Origin: Tubulanus polymorphus
Taxonomy: Eukaryota > Animalia > Nemertea
Direction of reading: 5' to 3'
Assembly (NCBI RefSeq): GCF_964204645.1
Contig: NC_134026.1
Location: 13,886,050-13,950,049, forward strand
DNA: 64,000 nt
The notes under the pieces were generated by a model. That model ran no database searches and was not told the origin of the DNA. It was given only the letters and a program-made list of their open reading frames with translations. The stretch's first letter is position 1; every line of letters begins with the position of its first letter. The position numbers and the translations under genes are program-made. Below are positions 36,304 through 50,232 of this stretch, one piece after another.

Positions 36304-37680
36304 TAAGTCATTAGGAATAATGAAATACCAGTTTCATTTATGATGAAAAAACTCAAATGAAAAGTCTGGCTTATAAAGCTGTCTGCTCAGAAGAAATTTT
36401 CAAAAAAATCTTCACTTTTGGCAATAAAACTGATAATTGTGATTGATCATTGCAAGTCAGAACCAGTTAATCACTAATTAACATGCATTTTAATAAATCT
36501 GATTCCTCCTTTACAGTGAACTTAGCATTAACCTAGTAGAGGCTACTAGCCTATGTAGGCCTATGTATATGCGTAGGCCTAACATCTGGACAGATTGGTC
36601 GTAGGCCTATTGAATAACAACCCTCCTAAATATCGTAAATTTTGTTTTGAGGGTTCAATCAAATGAGTCCGTTAATAAACGCAACAATTATACTGTGTTT
36701 GTTTGAGACAGTAAAGGTCAGTGCCGGTAGGCCTAAAGCCTTAAGGTCGCGTAAAACTCGATAAACACTTCAAGCGACACAGCGAACGATCTCCTTTCCC
36801 CCACAGCGAATGCTTACTCCAAATGTCAAGTATGAGTCCAGCATACGGATAGGAGTTTGTTATATACTTGTATTTAGTAAATACCTTGTGCATTTGACAA
36901 TGATCGGTATGTACTGTAGGAAATATATGAGTATTGATGGTATTGATATAGAGGTCGAGGCCTGCGGCCAAATAAAGTAATATATACTTTCATTTTGATA
37001 CCTCGTCGACACAACAGCTTTTCTCCGCTATATCTCTTCGGCGTGTTAGTTTAGACCTACAGTCCCCGGTACACTAACGATTTATCTTAGTAAATACACG
37101 GTTTGATCTGGTAAAGAAAAATAGGTATTGTTAAACTAACTGCTTGAAGCCCACGGCCAAATCACTGGTAGTAATAAATTAATTTGTACTCGATTTGATT
37201 CTCATGATGAGGTGAAACTCGCAGCTGATCCCCGGAACGACGATGTAGTGACACACGTCGATTCGTCGATGTTTACGGCTCGACAGTTTTTTTTAAAATC
37301 TAAAGTAGTAAATTTCCTGTGTATCGGTAATATGATTTGATGAGGAAAATGGGCTATTGTTAAAATTAGTTTTATTAACCGCGATTGAATGTGCAATCTT
37401 TGGGTAATAAATTTGTTAATTTATGGTTGAATTGATAATCGACGTGACAAGAAACATGCGTTAGATTTCGGAAAGACGACTTAGAAAAACATGTCGGCTC
37501 TTTGAATGGGGCTCAATTTTCGATGTTTACGGCCCGACAGTGCTTTTGTAACGATGATTCGTGAAAAAACATGCGATGTATTTGTAGATCTCAGTGAGCT
37601 GAACGATACCATACGGATTGTATCGACAACAGCGGCAAGGTAACAAAGCCTTTGTTCTTTTAGTGAAAATAGTGTGAGAT

Positions 37681-37851
37681 AAAATAATAATAATAAGAAA
37701 CACGCGAATCTCAACAGGGTTTTCTGTGATGTAACAGAAAACCCTAATAATCACGCGAATCTCAATAGGGTTTTCTGTGATGTAACAGAAAACCCTAATA
37801 AGAAACACGCGAATCTCAATAGGGTTTTCTGTGACGAAACAGAAAACCCTA
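37681..37851. repeat. Three tandem copies of a HINE-like terminus (family E) with a 13-bp hairpin
   Basis: CACGCGAATCTCAA(T/C)AGGGTTTTCTGTGA(T/C)G(T/A)AACAGAAAACCCTA three times. Single copy at 42080-42127. Confidence 0.8.
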
Positions 37852-37954
37852 AATATAGCTGCAAGCAGCGATAACGGGTTTATGCCTTTCTGGATAGAAT
37901 GTCGTTCAGGGATGCGAGCAAAGATTTCACCCGAAATCAGTTGTTACATTCCTA

Positions 37955-40860
37955 TTACGATTACGATTTTATTTACACTCCAACCATTTCCATGGTATAT
38001 GGAGGAAAACTATTACACATGTATATACAAATATTTACAAAACAATACTGTAGTGATTAAAATTTAGAGAATGAAAACTTAACAAAATATATATACATCA
38101 ACTATTTACAATACTATATGTACTATTGGAGGGATCTATATACATCTAAGCCGGTTATAATGAATTTAGCTAATTTGACCGCTGGGTTTTTCAGAATATC
38201 AAGGATATTAAAGGTATTCAAATTCAAATAGTTTTTCCGGGGTTCGTTCAGTAAGGTACAGTCAAACAGAAAATGGGATTCATCACCTAAAGTATTACAA
38301 GTGGGGCATATTCTATCGGCTCTGTCTAAATGGTTTGAAAATTTGTTCACAGGTATAATATAGGACCCGACCCTAAATTCAAATAAACTAGTTCCTAAGT
38401 CATCACCAAGTTCTATTATATACTTCTCTAACCTAATACCATTTTTATATTGCCTAAAGTTTGTGTATATCGGATTAGTATTTATGGCAGATACGGTTTC
38501 TTGAAGGTGCTGGTCACGGAGTATCTGTTTTATTCGTTTTGAAAAAGATTTACTGTAAGTCATGAATTGCTGCATCCAAATGCAGGACAAACCACAGTCA
38601 TCAAAGGTTTTCTTTATATATGATAACCAAGGGCTCTTAAATTTATCCCTTAAAAATAAATTGAAAGATATTTTATAAAGTATTGAATTAAGTTTGGTTT
38701 GCTTTCCAGATACTGTTTTTACCCAAATGTTAACAATCCTGCGTCTAACATCTATATTCAAAGGATAACGTCCTAGCTCTGATAAAACTTGTAAGTTGCG
38801 AGAATATTTCGTCACTTTCATTAAGATTTTACAGAAGAAGCAATGAACATTTTCTAATTAATCAAGATTTTCGTATCCCCAGATCTCACACCCATACATG
38901 GCTATTGGTGCAACTCACATATCAAATAATTTAAACATAACATCTATGGACAATTTCAAACGTCTGCCTTTTTGAACGATCGAAAACATAGCTCTCATAG
39001 CTTTATCGTAAAAATACTTTTTTGCCTTAGCAAAGTTACCATTCCAAATAAATTTCACTCCGAGATAAACATAATCTTCAACTACCTCAAACTGTTGATC
39101 ACCAAACATAAATTTCGAAATCATTTTTATCTGGGATTTACTTCGCGCAAATACGAGTACTTTAGTTTTCTCTGAATTTACAGTGAGACCATTAGCGGCA
39201 CAATATTCAAATAAGGTTCTAAGTGTAGCTGAAGAGATTTCTCATCCTCAGCAAGAATAACTGTATCATCTGCGTATAGTATTATGAATAAATTCAGTAA
39301 AGTATCAATATCAGGGTCACGATTCAAATTTAGTTTTTCAATAAATGACAAAGTCGGTTTTCCACGATCAATGAAAAATTCTTCAATGTCGTTTAAGAAT
39401 AACGAAAAGATGATAGGTGAGAGATTTTCGCCTTGTCTTAACCCTTTCGCTGCGTACACGCTTGCACCGCCCCCTACGTAAGGTATTTTCCGAAAAATTC
39501 GATTTTTTTCAAATTGTTTTTAACCCCGATTTTTCGTGTTTTTATCGAAGATTATGATGTTATTTAGTGAAAATCAGTAAAAAATCATACCAACAGCCTT
39601 TTCTGTAGGGGGGGGGCGTGTTGGGGGGGGGGTCAGGATGGGTTAGAAATTTTTTTTTTCAGTTTTTCACCCAAGTGCCTATCTCAGTCTTTGGTGATTG
39701 ATGCTACGGTGTGGATGAAAGAAATTCAATTGATATGGGATATCCTTTTCCGCTGGTAGAGGTACGTAAGTGGGGAGCCATCTCAATCCCGCGCAAATTA
39801 CCATGTGCTCAACAGGCTGACAGCACCAACTACTGACGCATTTTCGCCATCTGTTGTTTAGAAAGCTAACTATCTTGTCTTACATGCGTTTCCATACTGT
39901 TTGCTGTGTACGCGTTCGAGTTATAAATCAATAGGTGCATGACGTTTCTACAACGTCATACGCACAGCACGTGTCACTCATATGACGTTTCCAAAACGTC
40001 ACACGTAGCGAAAGGGTTAAGCGTCTATCAGCTGCAAAGTATTGTGACATGCAACCATTAAATTTAACACATGATTTTATGGAATTATACATATTTTTGA
40101 CCACATTGAAAAAGTTTCCATTAACACTGTTAGCAATTAAGTTTCGCCATAACGTTACCCTACAAATCGAGTCGAAAGCTTTCTTAAAATCAACAAAGGC
40201 GCAAAAAAGTCTTCTTCCCTGACAAAGATACAGCTCTACGATTGTTTTAAGCGTGTAAATATGATCAATGGTGGAATATTTCGAACTGAAGCCAGCCTGG
40301 GCTTCACTTATAATGTCATTCGTATCTAGGAATGTTGACAATCTTTGATTTAGGATACTTGTAAATAACTTACCACGACAGCTAACTAAGGTAATACCTC
40401 TATAATTATCAGGATAAGAGGGATCGCCATTCTTTTTGAAAATGGGTTTGATGACGCCTATAGACCACATCTCAGGAACATATCCTGTTATAAGAACTAA
40501 ATTGAATAATTTTTGTAATATATCAACTAAAAATGGATATCATTTGTGATTCCATCAATGCCTGGGGCCTTATTGTTTTTGAGTAAAGAGATAGCCTTAA
40601 TTACTTCATCACTGGTTATATCACTGTTCAAAATTTAATTGTCATAGACAGGAGGGTCACCCACGTCTGGGGGCTCATCACCGTCATCGGTTTCATTGTT
40701 AACATTATTCAAATCATTTAATCTCATAAAATGTTGAAGAAAAATATCGATATCTATATTAGCCTCATTATTTTTTGTTCCGCTCGCAGAGTTTAGCATC
40801 GACCAATACTTTTTTGGGTTATTAATTTCGCATTCTCTCAATTCCTTTCCGTTTTTTTGA
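37955..40860 (-). mobile_element. 5'-truncated LINE ORF2 (RTE-X-like), frameshifted and interrupted
   Basis: NYRGITLVS, QAGF, FVDFKKAFDSI, LRQGENLSP, YADDTVI, YVYLG, ELGRYPL and C-terminal CPTC..DESHFLFDC. 3' AATAAA plus an (ATCGTA)n tail near 37955-37975. Confidence 0.85.
39442..40016. mobile_element. piggyBac-like non-autonomous element inserted in the LINE RT
   Basis: TTAA|CCCTTTCGCTGCGT ... ACGTAGCGAAAGGG|TTAA. Excision restores ..AADRRLRQGENLSP. Confidence 0.9.
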
Positions 40861-42289
40861 AAGAGTCCCACCTAGGGGTCAACTCACAACATGGATATGT
40901 TGACCCACATGTGCTACTACGCGCAAAATACTAATGTGCCAGGTTTTGGGGGAAATAACATCGAGCAGAACGAAGCTACAGTGTTTTTACCATTCCCTAG
41001 TGACAGTTTAAGCGCATATTCGGTTATTATTAGTTCCGAAAAAAAGTCGACTAGATAAGAAAACCGAATTTGGCCCAAAGCACAAATTTGGCCTATAGGG
41101 TAAACTATGCAGGAGGGAAGGCCTCATAGTGTTACTATTAGTAGAGGAGTGAAAAGTCCGTCTGACAAGTCAAGCGATCAGTTGGGGACTACAATTCACA
41201 TATGAAATTGACGTCCAATAACCATTATAAAAACATAATCACGAACGGTACCATCACTCCCCATTACTGACTGTCACTGGTCTCTGGCTAGCAAACATTC
41301 TTTATCGGTGCAGTGGGTAGGTATTTTCAACTTACTTTGTTCTTCTATGACATTACCATCGCCGCTGCGTCACGATGTGATGTACATATACAAGAAACCT
41401 CCAATTTGTAATGTATGTGATGTATAAACGGACTTTAGACCGGTTAATATCGACGATAACAAGGTATCACCGACGCTGACATTTTCTGACACTATCTAGT
41501 ATGACCCACCTTTTGGACTGGACCAATTCAATTCAATTAAGAAAACGCGCACTGGTACAGTAAATAAATAAACCGCTGTTGATTTTTCGAAGTATTGATA
41601 TCCACGAACAAAACTATACTATTATAGAATGTTTAAAAGGAACTGCTTTTAATAACAGTATGAATAAACTTACTTCACAAACAAGGAAGTACATTTTTAA
41701 CTTGTGAATGGTCGAACCCCAGTTATTCACAGTAACCTGTGATTTGGATATTCTCGGAGCCTTCCTTCATTATTTATTAATGAAATGACGTCACAAACTT
41801 TCAGATTCGCGCCATGATTGATGATTGCTATTTCCACCGGTGTTATCTTTAAGTAACTTCAAGTTTAAAATAGGAAGCACAGTACATCCATAGAAACTAC
41901 GCGCAGAAAGAGACTGTTATATTATTATCAGAGTTTAACATTACGTTTCAAAGGTGTTAGTAGTCAAAAGCTAATAGAAGATGATTTTTATGTGACGAAA
42001 CTCAGTGGAAAATATGTTAAAATAATAATCAGCAGGAATCCAATAGAGTTTCTGCCGAGGCAGCAGAAACCCTAATAATCTCGTGAATCTCAATAGGGTT
42101 TTCTGTGATGTAACAGAAAACCCTAATGAAAAATGGCAAACCATTAGGAAGTTACAAGACTCAGAATTCAGGCCAAAAATTGAAATTTTTGGGCACAAAA
42201 AAGGTCACAGGACAGCCATCTTGACATGATCACAGAGCTACAAAATTCCTCTATGTTAGGAATGTTTCTCAATATATATCACATTTCTA

Positions 42290-43100
42290 ATGAGTATAAG
42301 CTTGGAGTAATCATCAAAACTGAAGGGTGATCCTCGTCTCGAATCGACACGAAAATTGATAAAATACATGAATCGATTTTTTGATTGCTTGAATGTGTCA
42401 AATACTGTTGATAGTATTCATCAACGCAATAAGTATATTGCACCATTCACAAGAGAAAACCTGGACAGATTAGATGTAAGCATAATCTCGGAGTCAGTCG
42501 TGCATTCAATTAATAAACTTGGTTGCTAAAGATTGCAAATTTTTTATTTCTCATTTTTTTCAGTGGTTGGAGAATAAATTCATACCATTCTTTGAAAATT
42601 GGGAAATTCAGTGCCTCCGAAAAGTCGATTTGCCAATCGGATTACGAAGAAGAATGTGTTTAAGTCGAGAAACACTTGAAGGACTGCGAATAACTGGTAA
42701 GTTTCATTGATGGATATCATATTATTTATTACATAAACAATTACACTGTATGTACATATACATAATACATTGTATGGTTTGAAATCAAAAACTATATGAA
42801 ATGCTTTGTTACAGTCAAATCCGCTGTCAATTTGATTTATGAGCTTTTGAATGAAGATGGTGTACAGTACGTATTGACAGCAAAATTTAATCAGAGATAT
42901 ACTATAGCAAGCAACGTAGATGTGGAGGCTCAAATGATAACCCGTCCGTGAAAGAGTTTCAACAAAATGCAAGAAAACTGCTTGTTGCATGTTCCAAGAC
43001 AATAAAAGGTTCTGCGAGAGGAAACTGCACAATCATTCAAGAAAATGGCGAATCAGTCATCAATTCAGCACCTATACCTAGACGAAGATCAACTCATTAA
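42290..43100 (+). pseudogene. P-element/THAP9-like transposase, C-terminal exons
   Basis: Exons at about 42290-42475, 42564-42696 and 42815-43100: MNRFFDCLN..; WLENKFIPFFENWE..CLSRETLEGLRIT; YVLTAKFNQ (DxLE motif deleted) ..KQRRCGGSNDNPS..ARGNC..*. Confidence 0.85.
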
Positions 43101-43114
43101 ATGGTAAAAATTCA

Positions 43115-44738
43115 ATGACACTCATTCTGAGTTTTTAATTTTTTCTTAAACATTTTTCTCGTTTTTTGGCAGTTTAACCATCTTTCTGTGACAGGTACAT
43201 GTACGCGCGACTGAAAGCATGAAGTCGCACTGTAACCCAGCAGTCAACCACTTTAGCTAACAACGAATCTTTAATTGAATCACATTCTGTATTTGCCACT
43301 AGTAATGACCAGCTTGTTAGTATTGAATCGTCATTCAAAACTGTCTCTTCAACATTTGAACGCAAATCTTGACGAAGTCTCATAACATTATTTGTCTTTA
43401 AGATTGGATTAATAATGGTTTCTAACGTTTCAAAGAACCTGTATGCAGTCGCTGACATCTCGAATAAACCCCCCCTGTTCACAATTTCTGTCCATTTCTT
43501 GGTATATACCATGAAATTTTGTGTACTTGACACTCCCGGAGACACTTCCCATAACTTAATTAAGTTCGTAAATATATGTGCATGTTGATTTTTACATTTT
43601 CTGTAGTGATTAATCAGCTTGGCACATACATAACCACCCAAATAGTACACGACTTGCTTTTCAGTCTCTGTCAAGGTCAAATTACCTGCATTTATTTCCA
43701 GTGATTGTTTATCAGGATTTGTGTACCTTTTTTCAGAATTTCTTTAAGAAGATTTTCAAGAATTATCTGTATGAGAAAATGGTCACTACCCATGGAAGGA
43801 GTTTCTGATGCTGTTTTGAACCTTTGTATAAAATTCATGGCTGGTGCCAAAGTAGCTACTTCATGAAATTTCGAAAAGACTGCGATTTGTTTTTTTGGAA
43901 ACTGTGTTTTATTGTCTCCCGCTGTCACAGCAATCCAAATTTTTTCCAAAAGTTCTGTTAACAAGTGTCTTTATAATTCGGGTTTTCAGTTAATTTTAAA
44001 ACTGTGGTAGCATTTTCCAAAAGTTCCGAATTATTTATATCCGAGTTAAGAATATCCTTTACAGCATCACAAAATAGCTGAATTTTTTCCTGTTGGAGCT
44101 CACTCAATGAATATTTTGCCTTGTCTGAAAATGAAATAATATGATGTTAAAATATTATTATTATATATTATATAGAGCAATTAATTATTAATATTAAATT
44201 ATTATTAATGCAAAAAATAATTATTTTAAATCACCATGCGGGAATACTTACTCTGAAAGTTCTGAGTTCTTTTTTTCGTTTCTTTACTGTTGGAACATTT
44301 GATTTCTTCTGAGATTTTACTTGAAGCTCTTTGACTTTGTCATCCTTTATCGAATTTGAGGAGTCTTTCAGAACAGTGTGTTCAGCAGCTTGCCCTACAA
44401 GAAAGAATAAAATATCTGTACTTACAAACGATTATTTCGTGAAGATGATTAGATCCAGATGGAGAGACACAAAATTGCAACGACCAACCTTTTTTGCAAT
44501 TGGAACACAGAAAAACTCCGGCGTTCTCGTCCAATCGTTTTTTCAAATTCGGCACACATGGCATATGATACCAAACTGTGCTGCAAGCATGTGATTCGCA
44601 CGCAATTATATCGTCCAATTCTTGAGACTTACATGAACAGTAAATTTCAAATAAATTCGAAATATCACTGTCTTCAGATTCGGAATTATTCTCAAAATCA
44701 GATTGACTAAACCCGTACGCTATGTTATCATTCGCCAT
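43115..44738 (-). pseudogene. Spliced PHD-finger protein with a C-terminal YLGGYV/NRGGL domain (P-element accessory gene), frameshifted
   Basis: Exon 44738-44489: YCSC..IACESHAC..WYHMPC..FLCSNC (PHD). Exon 44394-44252 is open. The last exon, from 44124, includes ORFs 43692-43964 and 43174-43680 (VVYYLGGYVCAKL..KWTEIVNRGGLF..WVTVRLHAF). Confidence 0.75.
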
Positions 44739-46044
44739 TTTGTCCAGTGTTATTTACTAGTTGCTAAGCGCCGAGTTACGCCGAGTGCTGACGGAAATTG
44801 CCGAAGTGGAATCCCCGCCCACTGTGTAGCAGGTGCGCGATGATTGACTGCAACTATGATACGCTGCGCGAAATGAATAGGCGAGCTCTCTCCAGTCAAA
44901 TGATTACTCCAAGGTATAAGTAACCATAATAGTGGACACACTTAGTTGTTTGGTGAGTGGTGCTACAGTACATGCAATAAGAATTGTTAACATGACATTG
45001 TTATGCTGCATTGTTCCTACCTTTTACATTAATGGGTACTTTCAATTTAGCTAATGAAAGAAATGCTCCAACAACACATGCTCCACCACCCATATCAGCT
45101 CGCATTTTATCCATGTCTTTACTCATTTTAAGAGATATACCACCGCTGAAAAGAGACCACCATAATTGTTAATAAAGGACCAATGGTCCAGTGGCTCGCC
45201 AAACTGGTGTGGGGAAGTTAAAAATCTGTCAAGTAGCCTACTGGTACGCAAAAATTCATTTTATTGACAATTAAACAAGAAAAAAATATATGAAAAGGAC
45301 TCAATTTTGGTCAGTGTGAACTTTTGATGATAACTGACTACAGGAGAATGATATATTCCAATAATTGATTATGGGCCTTTTGTCAGAACAAATGTTCAAA
45401 ATTCTAATACATCCCTTGAACGACCTGAAACAACTAAAACTATGAGTGACCCGCTAAGATACGGTACAAACTTGGTGAAGGCCTGGGTTTCATTGGAGGT
45501 TTTTCATTATCATATATGGACCAATCATTACAGAAGCTCTACAAGTTCTTCAAATTTGAGGCCAGTGCCGGTTACTGATGAAACAAAGTTTATCGATTGA
45601 CATCGTTTTTAATAATTTCACGACATTGAACACGAGAGTATATTGCGATATTGCCTACGCGACTGTACACGACTGTTTTCAACGCGAACGCTCATCACTG
45701 TGCCGTAGTTAACAAACTAATACTCATAATCAAGCTCCAAAACGGATCGCTAATACTTCAGTTAATGATGATTAAACAAGTATTCCAGTCGTGTATATAT
45801 CAGACTCATCTCTAAAAATCCGATGCTATCAGTAAATCAGCCGTGTGGCGAACACGTAAGTAAATTTCTGCATTTTAAAACCACATTTTCGTTAGATATC
45901 TTGATGCAATGTTACCTTATGCATGGAATATCAAAACTAGATGAATTATTGAACACATCGCACACATTAAATTGTTATACCATACGCCTTAAGTATCAGT
46001 ATTTGCGCAAGAAATGATGAATATCAACCTATTCAATCGTATAT

Positions 46045-46418
46045 CGTTCACGTGAACACCTGCTGATCTCTGCGACTAAGCCAATCATAGAGGAGTCTTT
46101 GCTTTCTGATTGGCTTTTTAAACAGATATTTTTGTGATCAGATTTTCGCGAAAAAGGTCATACAAATTTTGACAAGGCCCTCTTTCAAAATTCAGCTTCA
46201 TAGGGGTTGGAGAATGGATAATGCTTTGATGAATGATTAGTAAGAATATATGCTCAGTTGCACAGTCAAAGAGCCTTTACTCTGGAAAACATGATATTTA
46301 AATTTGCTCCATTTGTATAGTAATAGGCTCAGCCTACCACTGGCCTAAAAACGTACTGCGATTTTACATATTTGGCTCAATGCCAACTTCAATATGGCTA
46401 ACAAAGGTAAACCAAAAA
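46045..46418 (-). mobile_element. HINE-C terminus directly followed by a HINE-B terminus
   Basis: ..GGCTCAGCCTACCACTGGCCTAAAA at 46350, then ..GCCAACTTCAATATGGCTAACAAAGGTAAACCAAAAA. Confidence 0.65.
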
Positions 46419-47732
46419 GCCTCAGAATGCATGTAATAATCATAAGTTCTGGTTTAAGCCAAATCAAATCAAACTTTGGTTATTTCTCACTAAACTAACC
46501 TATTGCTAGAAAGTTGGGGGTCAATGGTGATATTTTAGAGGCTCCCCTGGTCAAGTTTAAGATCAATAAGTGCCTGGGTTCAGTTGCATAGTCCCGGCTA
46601 AGACTTGTTTTGGGCCCTCTCCCCAAAATATTTTGAAATTTCAAGGGGTTTTTGACGCATCTGAGGCCCATTTTCCAGCATTGACTAATGACAAAACAAG
46701 AGGACCATAGAGTCCATATGGTAGGAGAGAGTTTAGTAGTGAGTGGATGCATGAGATGTCATCAGTGAAAACAAATACATGTTTCCAGGGTTTCTGTGAT
46801 GTTGTCTATTACCATTTAACGGACATTTCCCACAGCAAAAGTAGTCCTATTTTCCCGACATCCTGAAAAATTCTTTGAGGAATTGTGAAAATAAATTGAT
46901 TATTTGTTCTATAAAGGTATTATTGCGTTTTTAGTTTAGTTTATTTCAATGTAACGATCTGGTTCAATAACAAAATAGTGTCAGCGCAGAGGCCATATCT
47001 AACTTCCCTACAAAGTATTGAGTAATTGCCCAATCCTTCCCATCCTATAATTTCCATAATGGTATATTCAACACGATAGCCAATGAAACTGCGAGAACGC
47101 CTAACTTTGAAATCCGCAGTTTCTTTGTAGATTCACACAGGCGAACAAGGTAAAGGCGCAGCCATCAGAACTCGCGAGCGCCAAAGGTGCGAAGCAATTT
47201 TAGGGGGGTTTGGGGCCTCCCCCAAGAAAATTTTAGAAATTAAAAGCATTCTCCGAGCACTTATAGCGATCTTGAACCCATGAACGACCTTTTATCTTTT
47301 GGAAGGTAATGGCTATTTCCAATGTGGCACATCCTCATTCTATAACAATCAGCATCTCATGCAATACGGGTCGACCCCTGAATTATTGCAGTTAAAATGC
47401 GCCGATGAATGCTCACTAAAAATCATCACACAGTGTACATCTTAAGGTGCTCACCACGTACGCGCGCGGCAACAGCAGTAGGCCTATATACATTACTACA
47501 GTTGCCACCCGCGTGTCTGTTCGCAACCGATCATTAACCCTTTCAATGCTGACTAATCATTACCCTATAGTCCTGGAGATAATTTGAAAATTTGAAAAAT
47601 TCCACCCTAGTGTGTTGAATAATGGGAATACCACTATAGGGTGTCTACGCCGCGGCACAGTTTATTGTTATGAATATAATGTTACTATTATTTCACTATG
47701 TTTGACAGGTGCTAACATCATTAAATAGAGAT

Positions 47733-48400
47733 AACAAGAGGCCCACGGGCCTTGTACCTTCATGACGCAGTAGAAGAAGAATGATTTAGTATTCAATGTT
47801 TTACAGAATGATTTACATTGTAACGATGTAACAAGTTTTAAAATAGTTAAGAGGTATAAGCTATGTGGCGACAATGTTCATTTTCTGTTAATATATCTTT
47901 ACATGAAAAGACAAGCCCATTTTAGCTGCCCCAAAGATCACATTACATGAAAAAATGCATCAAGAATTGGTGTAGGCATCGTGCTGAAAAGAAATCCAAG
48001 AAGAATGGCAACCATGGTGGCCATACTTGAACTCAATTTTCAATAAAGGGTAGACATTTCACCTACCAAAATTCTTTCACCTAGTATCCTGGAAATGCAT
48101 CAAGAATTGCAGGCGATTCCGTGCTAGAAATTCAAGATGGTTGACCTGGTGGCCATATTTGAAGGTCGATGACCTCCATATACATAAGGCATGGACAGCT
48201 TGACCCTGATCCTCACACCAAATTTTGTGGAAATCCATCAAGAATTGCGGGTTGCATCGGCAAACAAGAAATTCAAGATGGCCACCCCAATGGCAGCCAT
48301 ACTTGAACACCAATGACCTTTTTTTCCAATAGGGGTGGACATCTCGCCAGACCCAATCTTCAAGCTAATTTTCAAAAAGATTCATCGCAAATTACAGGCG
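47733..48400 (-). mobile_element. HINE-F end followed by degenerate 110-130 bp tandem units
   Basis: AACAAGAGGCCCACGGGCCTTGTACCTTCATGACG, then repeated CATCAAGAATTG..CAAGATGG..GCCAT(AC/AT)TTGAA units near 47959, 48098 and 48236. Confidence 0.5.
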
Positions 48401-49149
48401 AATAAGAATAACTATGTGGAATTCAATTCAATTCCAGAAGTCCTGGCTTAGGCCTATGCAATAGGAGGAGTCAATTAAGATTCAGCTTTTTGAAAAACCA
48501 GCACAGATGCCTATTCAAATCACATGTAATTAAAAAATTCAGCGCTTCTTAGTTCGATGTCCCTGTTTTCGTCGCGCATGTGGTTGAAATTATTGTTTAC
48601 ATCGAACGTCTTCAACACCTGATACAACCGCACCCACGTCTGTCAATCATCTTAATTGATTCATATACTAAAATGCTCCCTATGAAAAAACTATGCGGTG
48701 AATCAATCCGGAATTTTTCAGTAGAATGTCAGACAGTAGGTACCTTTTTTAACTCTTTCCTGCCCACTCCCGGTATGCACCGGGTTGACGTCAGCACTCA
48801 TTCACCAGCAGCTGCGAGCCATACCTGGCACCGTACTAGCTAATAATCGTCAGAAAACCATCACACTAGGACGTGCTGCAAGGTCAAGGTCAGTCACCAC
48901 GTAGGTCAATGATAACACGAAACACACCACGGTTTTGCAGGTTAAGAGCATCTCTCCACATAAATTAGAGGGACTGTAATGGACCATTTGTTGACACTAA
49001 CCTTTAATAAACTTCATATGGATACAATCAAGATAATTCCACCCTGTAATTCCACTATTCAATGATACACGCGCAGCTTAAACATGGCGCCGCCATTCAA
49101 TACGCTAGTCGTGATATATTGGTGCTCCATTATGAGTTCATCAAAAAAT

Positions 49150-49955
49150 GAATCGCTTGTACATATATCATTCCTGGATAGTATAGGTGATATAGATAAG
49201 CCTAACAATTATCAGTCAGGTATTAAAGAACTTCTGTATATATTGCAGCTCTCGCATATTTGGGATAACTTTAGAGGAAATATTAACCTGGTAAAAGTGT
49301 CATTACAAAATCATTTTATAGCCTATTGGAAATCTGAAATTAACGACATTAATCACAGCAGATACATCTTCTATAACAAAATCAAAAAAGGCTTCTATCT
49401 GGAAAAATACTTAATATGTATTAAAAACTTTTCTATGAGATCATCTGTTTGCAAATTGAGGACTTCTTCGCATGGACTTATGATTGAAAAAGGGAGACAT
49501 TTAGGTCTAGAGCCCAACGATCGTCTTTGTGCAAGTTGTCAATTAGTAGAAAATGAAGAACATTTCCTGTTTAGGTGCAATAAATTTTCCATTCAACGTG
49601 ATATGTATATGATAAATATAAATAATCTTGAAGAATTGTCAGCTGTTTTTAACAACCAAATAAGTACTGGTAGTGATTTACTGAATGTGGCGAAATACAC
49701 CAATCAATGTATTAAATAATTAATTAAACAGTAGTGTCATTTTAATACGACTCGTAATGTCAACATCTGATTGATAATGATAATGTAAATTGTTATTTGC
49801 GTTAACCTCATTTGAAAGTATTACGTCGGTTTTTCATTATGTATATAATCCATATTTTATCATGTTAAATGTGTTATATTGTAATCCTTTAATTCATGTA
49901 TCATCAACAAACTTGTCTGTTTTTTATGATGAATAAATTGATTTGAATTGAATTG
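49150..49955 (+). mobile_element. 3' fragment of an RTE-X-like LINE
   Basis: LEKYL..KLRTSSHGLMIEKGRH..DRLCASCQLVENEEHFLFRC, stop at 49719; AATAAA plus an (ATTGA)n tail at 49932-49955. Confidence 0.8.
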
Positions 49956-50232
49956 ATGTATCTCTACACACATCAAAATTACACTTGAAAAGTGTTGACT
50001 TACGAGAAACGATCGAAATCTAGCAATTTGATTGGGAAAATAGCAGCACTATAGTTGAAAAAAGTTGATAAACCACCTCCGACTGTCTAATCATTTAAAC
50101 ACTTTGCCTTCACGTGGAACTATTTCCGCCTTATCACAGGTGCACTCTGCAGCCGTGATTCGCCCATTCAAAGATAAAAACTTGCCCACGGTCTTACTAT
50201 CGGCATTTTCTAATAATTTAGGGAAATATTTC

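Larger units (their letters stand above)
42290..44858 (+). mobile_element. P-element superfamily transposon, right half, with two convergent genes
   Basis: Spliced transposase C-terminal part on +, accessory gene on -. A P-like terminus ..GCAACTATG lies at 44858. The left end is not present. Confidence 0.7.

Noticed and set aside
36740-37130. Possible minus-strand exons with GT/AG-like signals
   Set aside because: Could not be joined into an open, recognisable protein.
37201-37222. Hammerhead-like TGATGA..GAAAC
   Set aside because: The core box is CATGATGA and there is no stem II.
37681-37851. CRISPR-like array of palindromic repeats
   Set aside because: No unique spacers, no cas genes and a eukaryotic context; it is a tandem transposon terminus.
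47534-47560. piggyBac-like TIR TTAACCCTTTCAATGCT
   Set aside because: No matching partner end found nearby.
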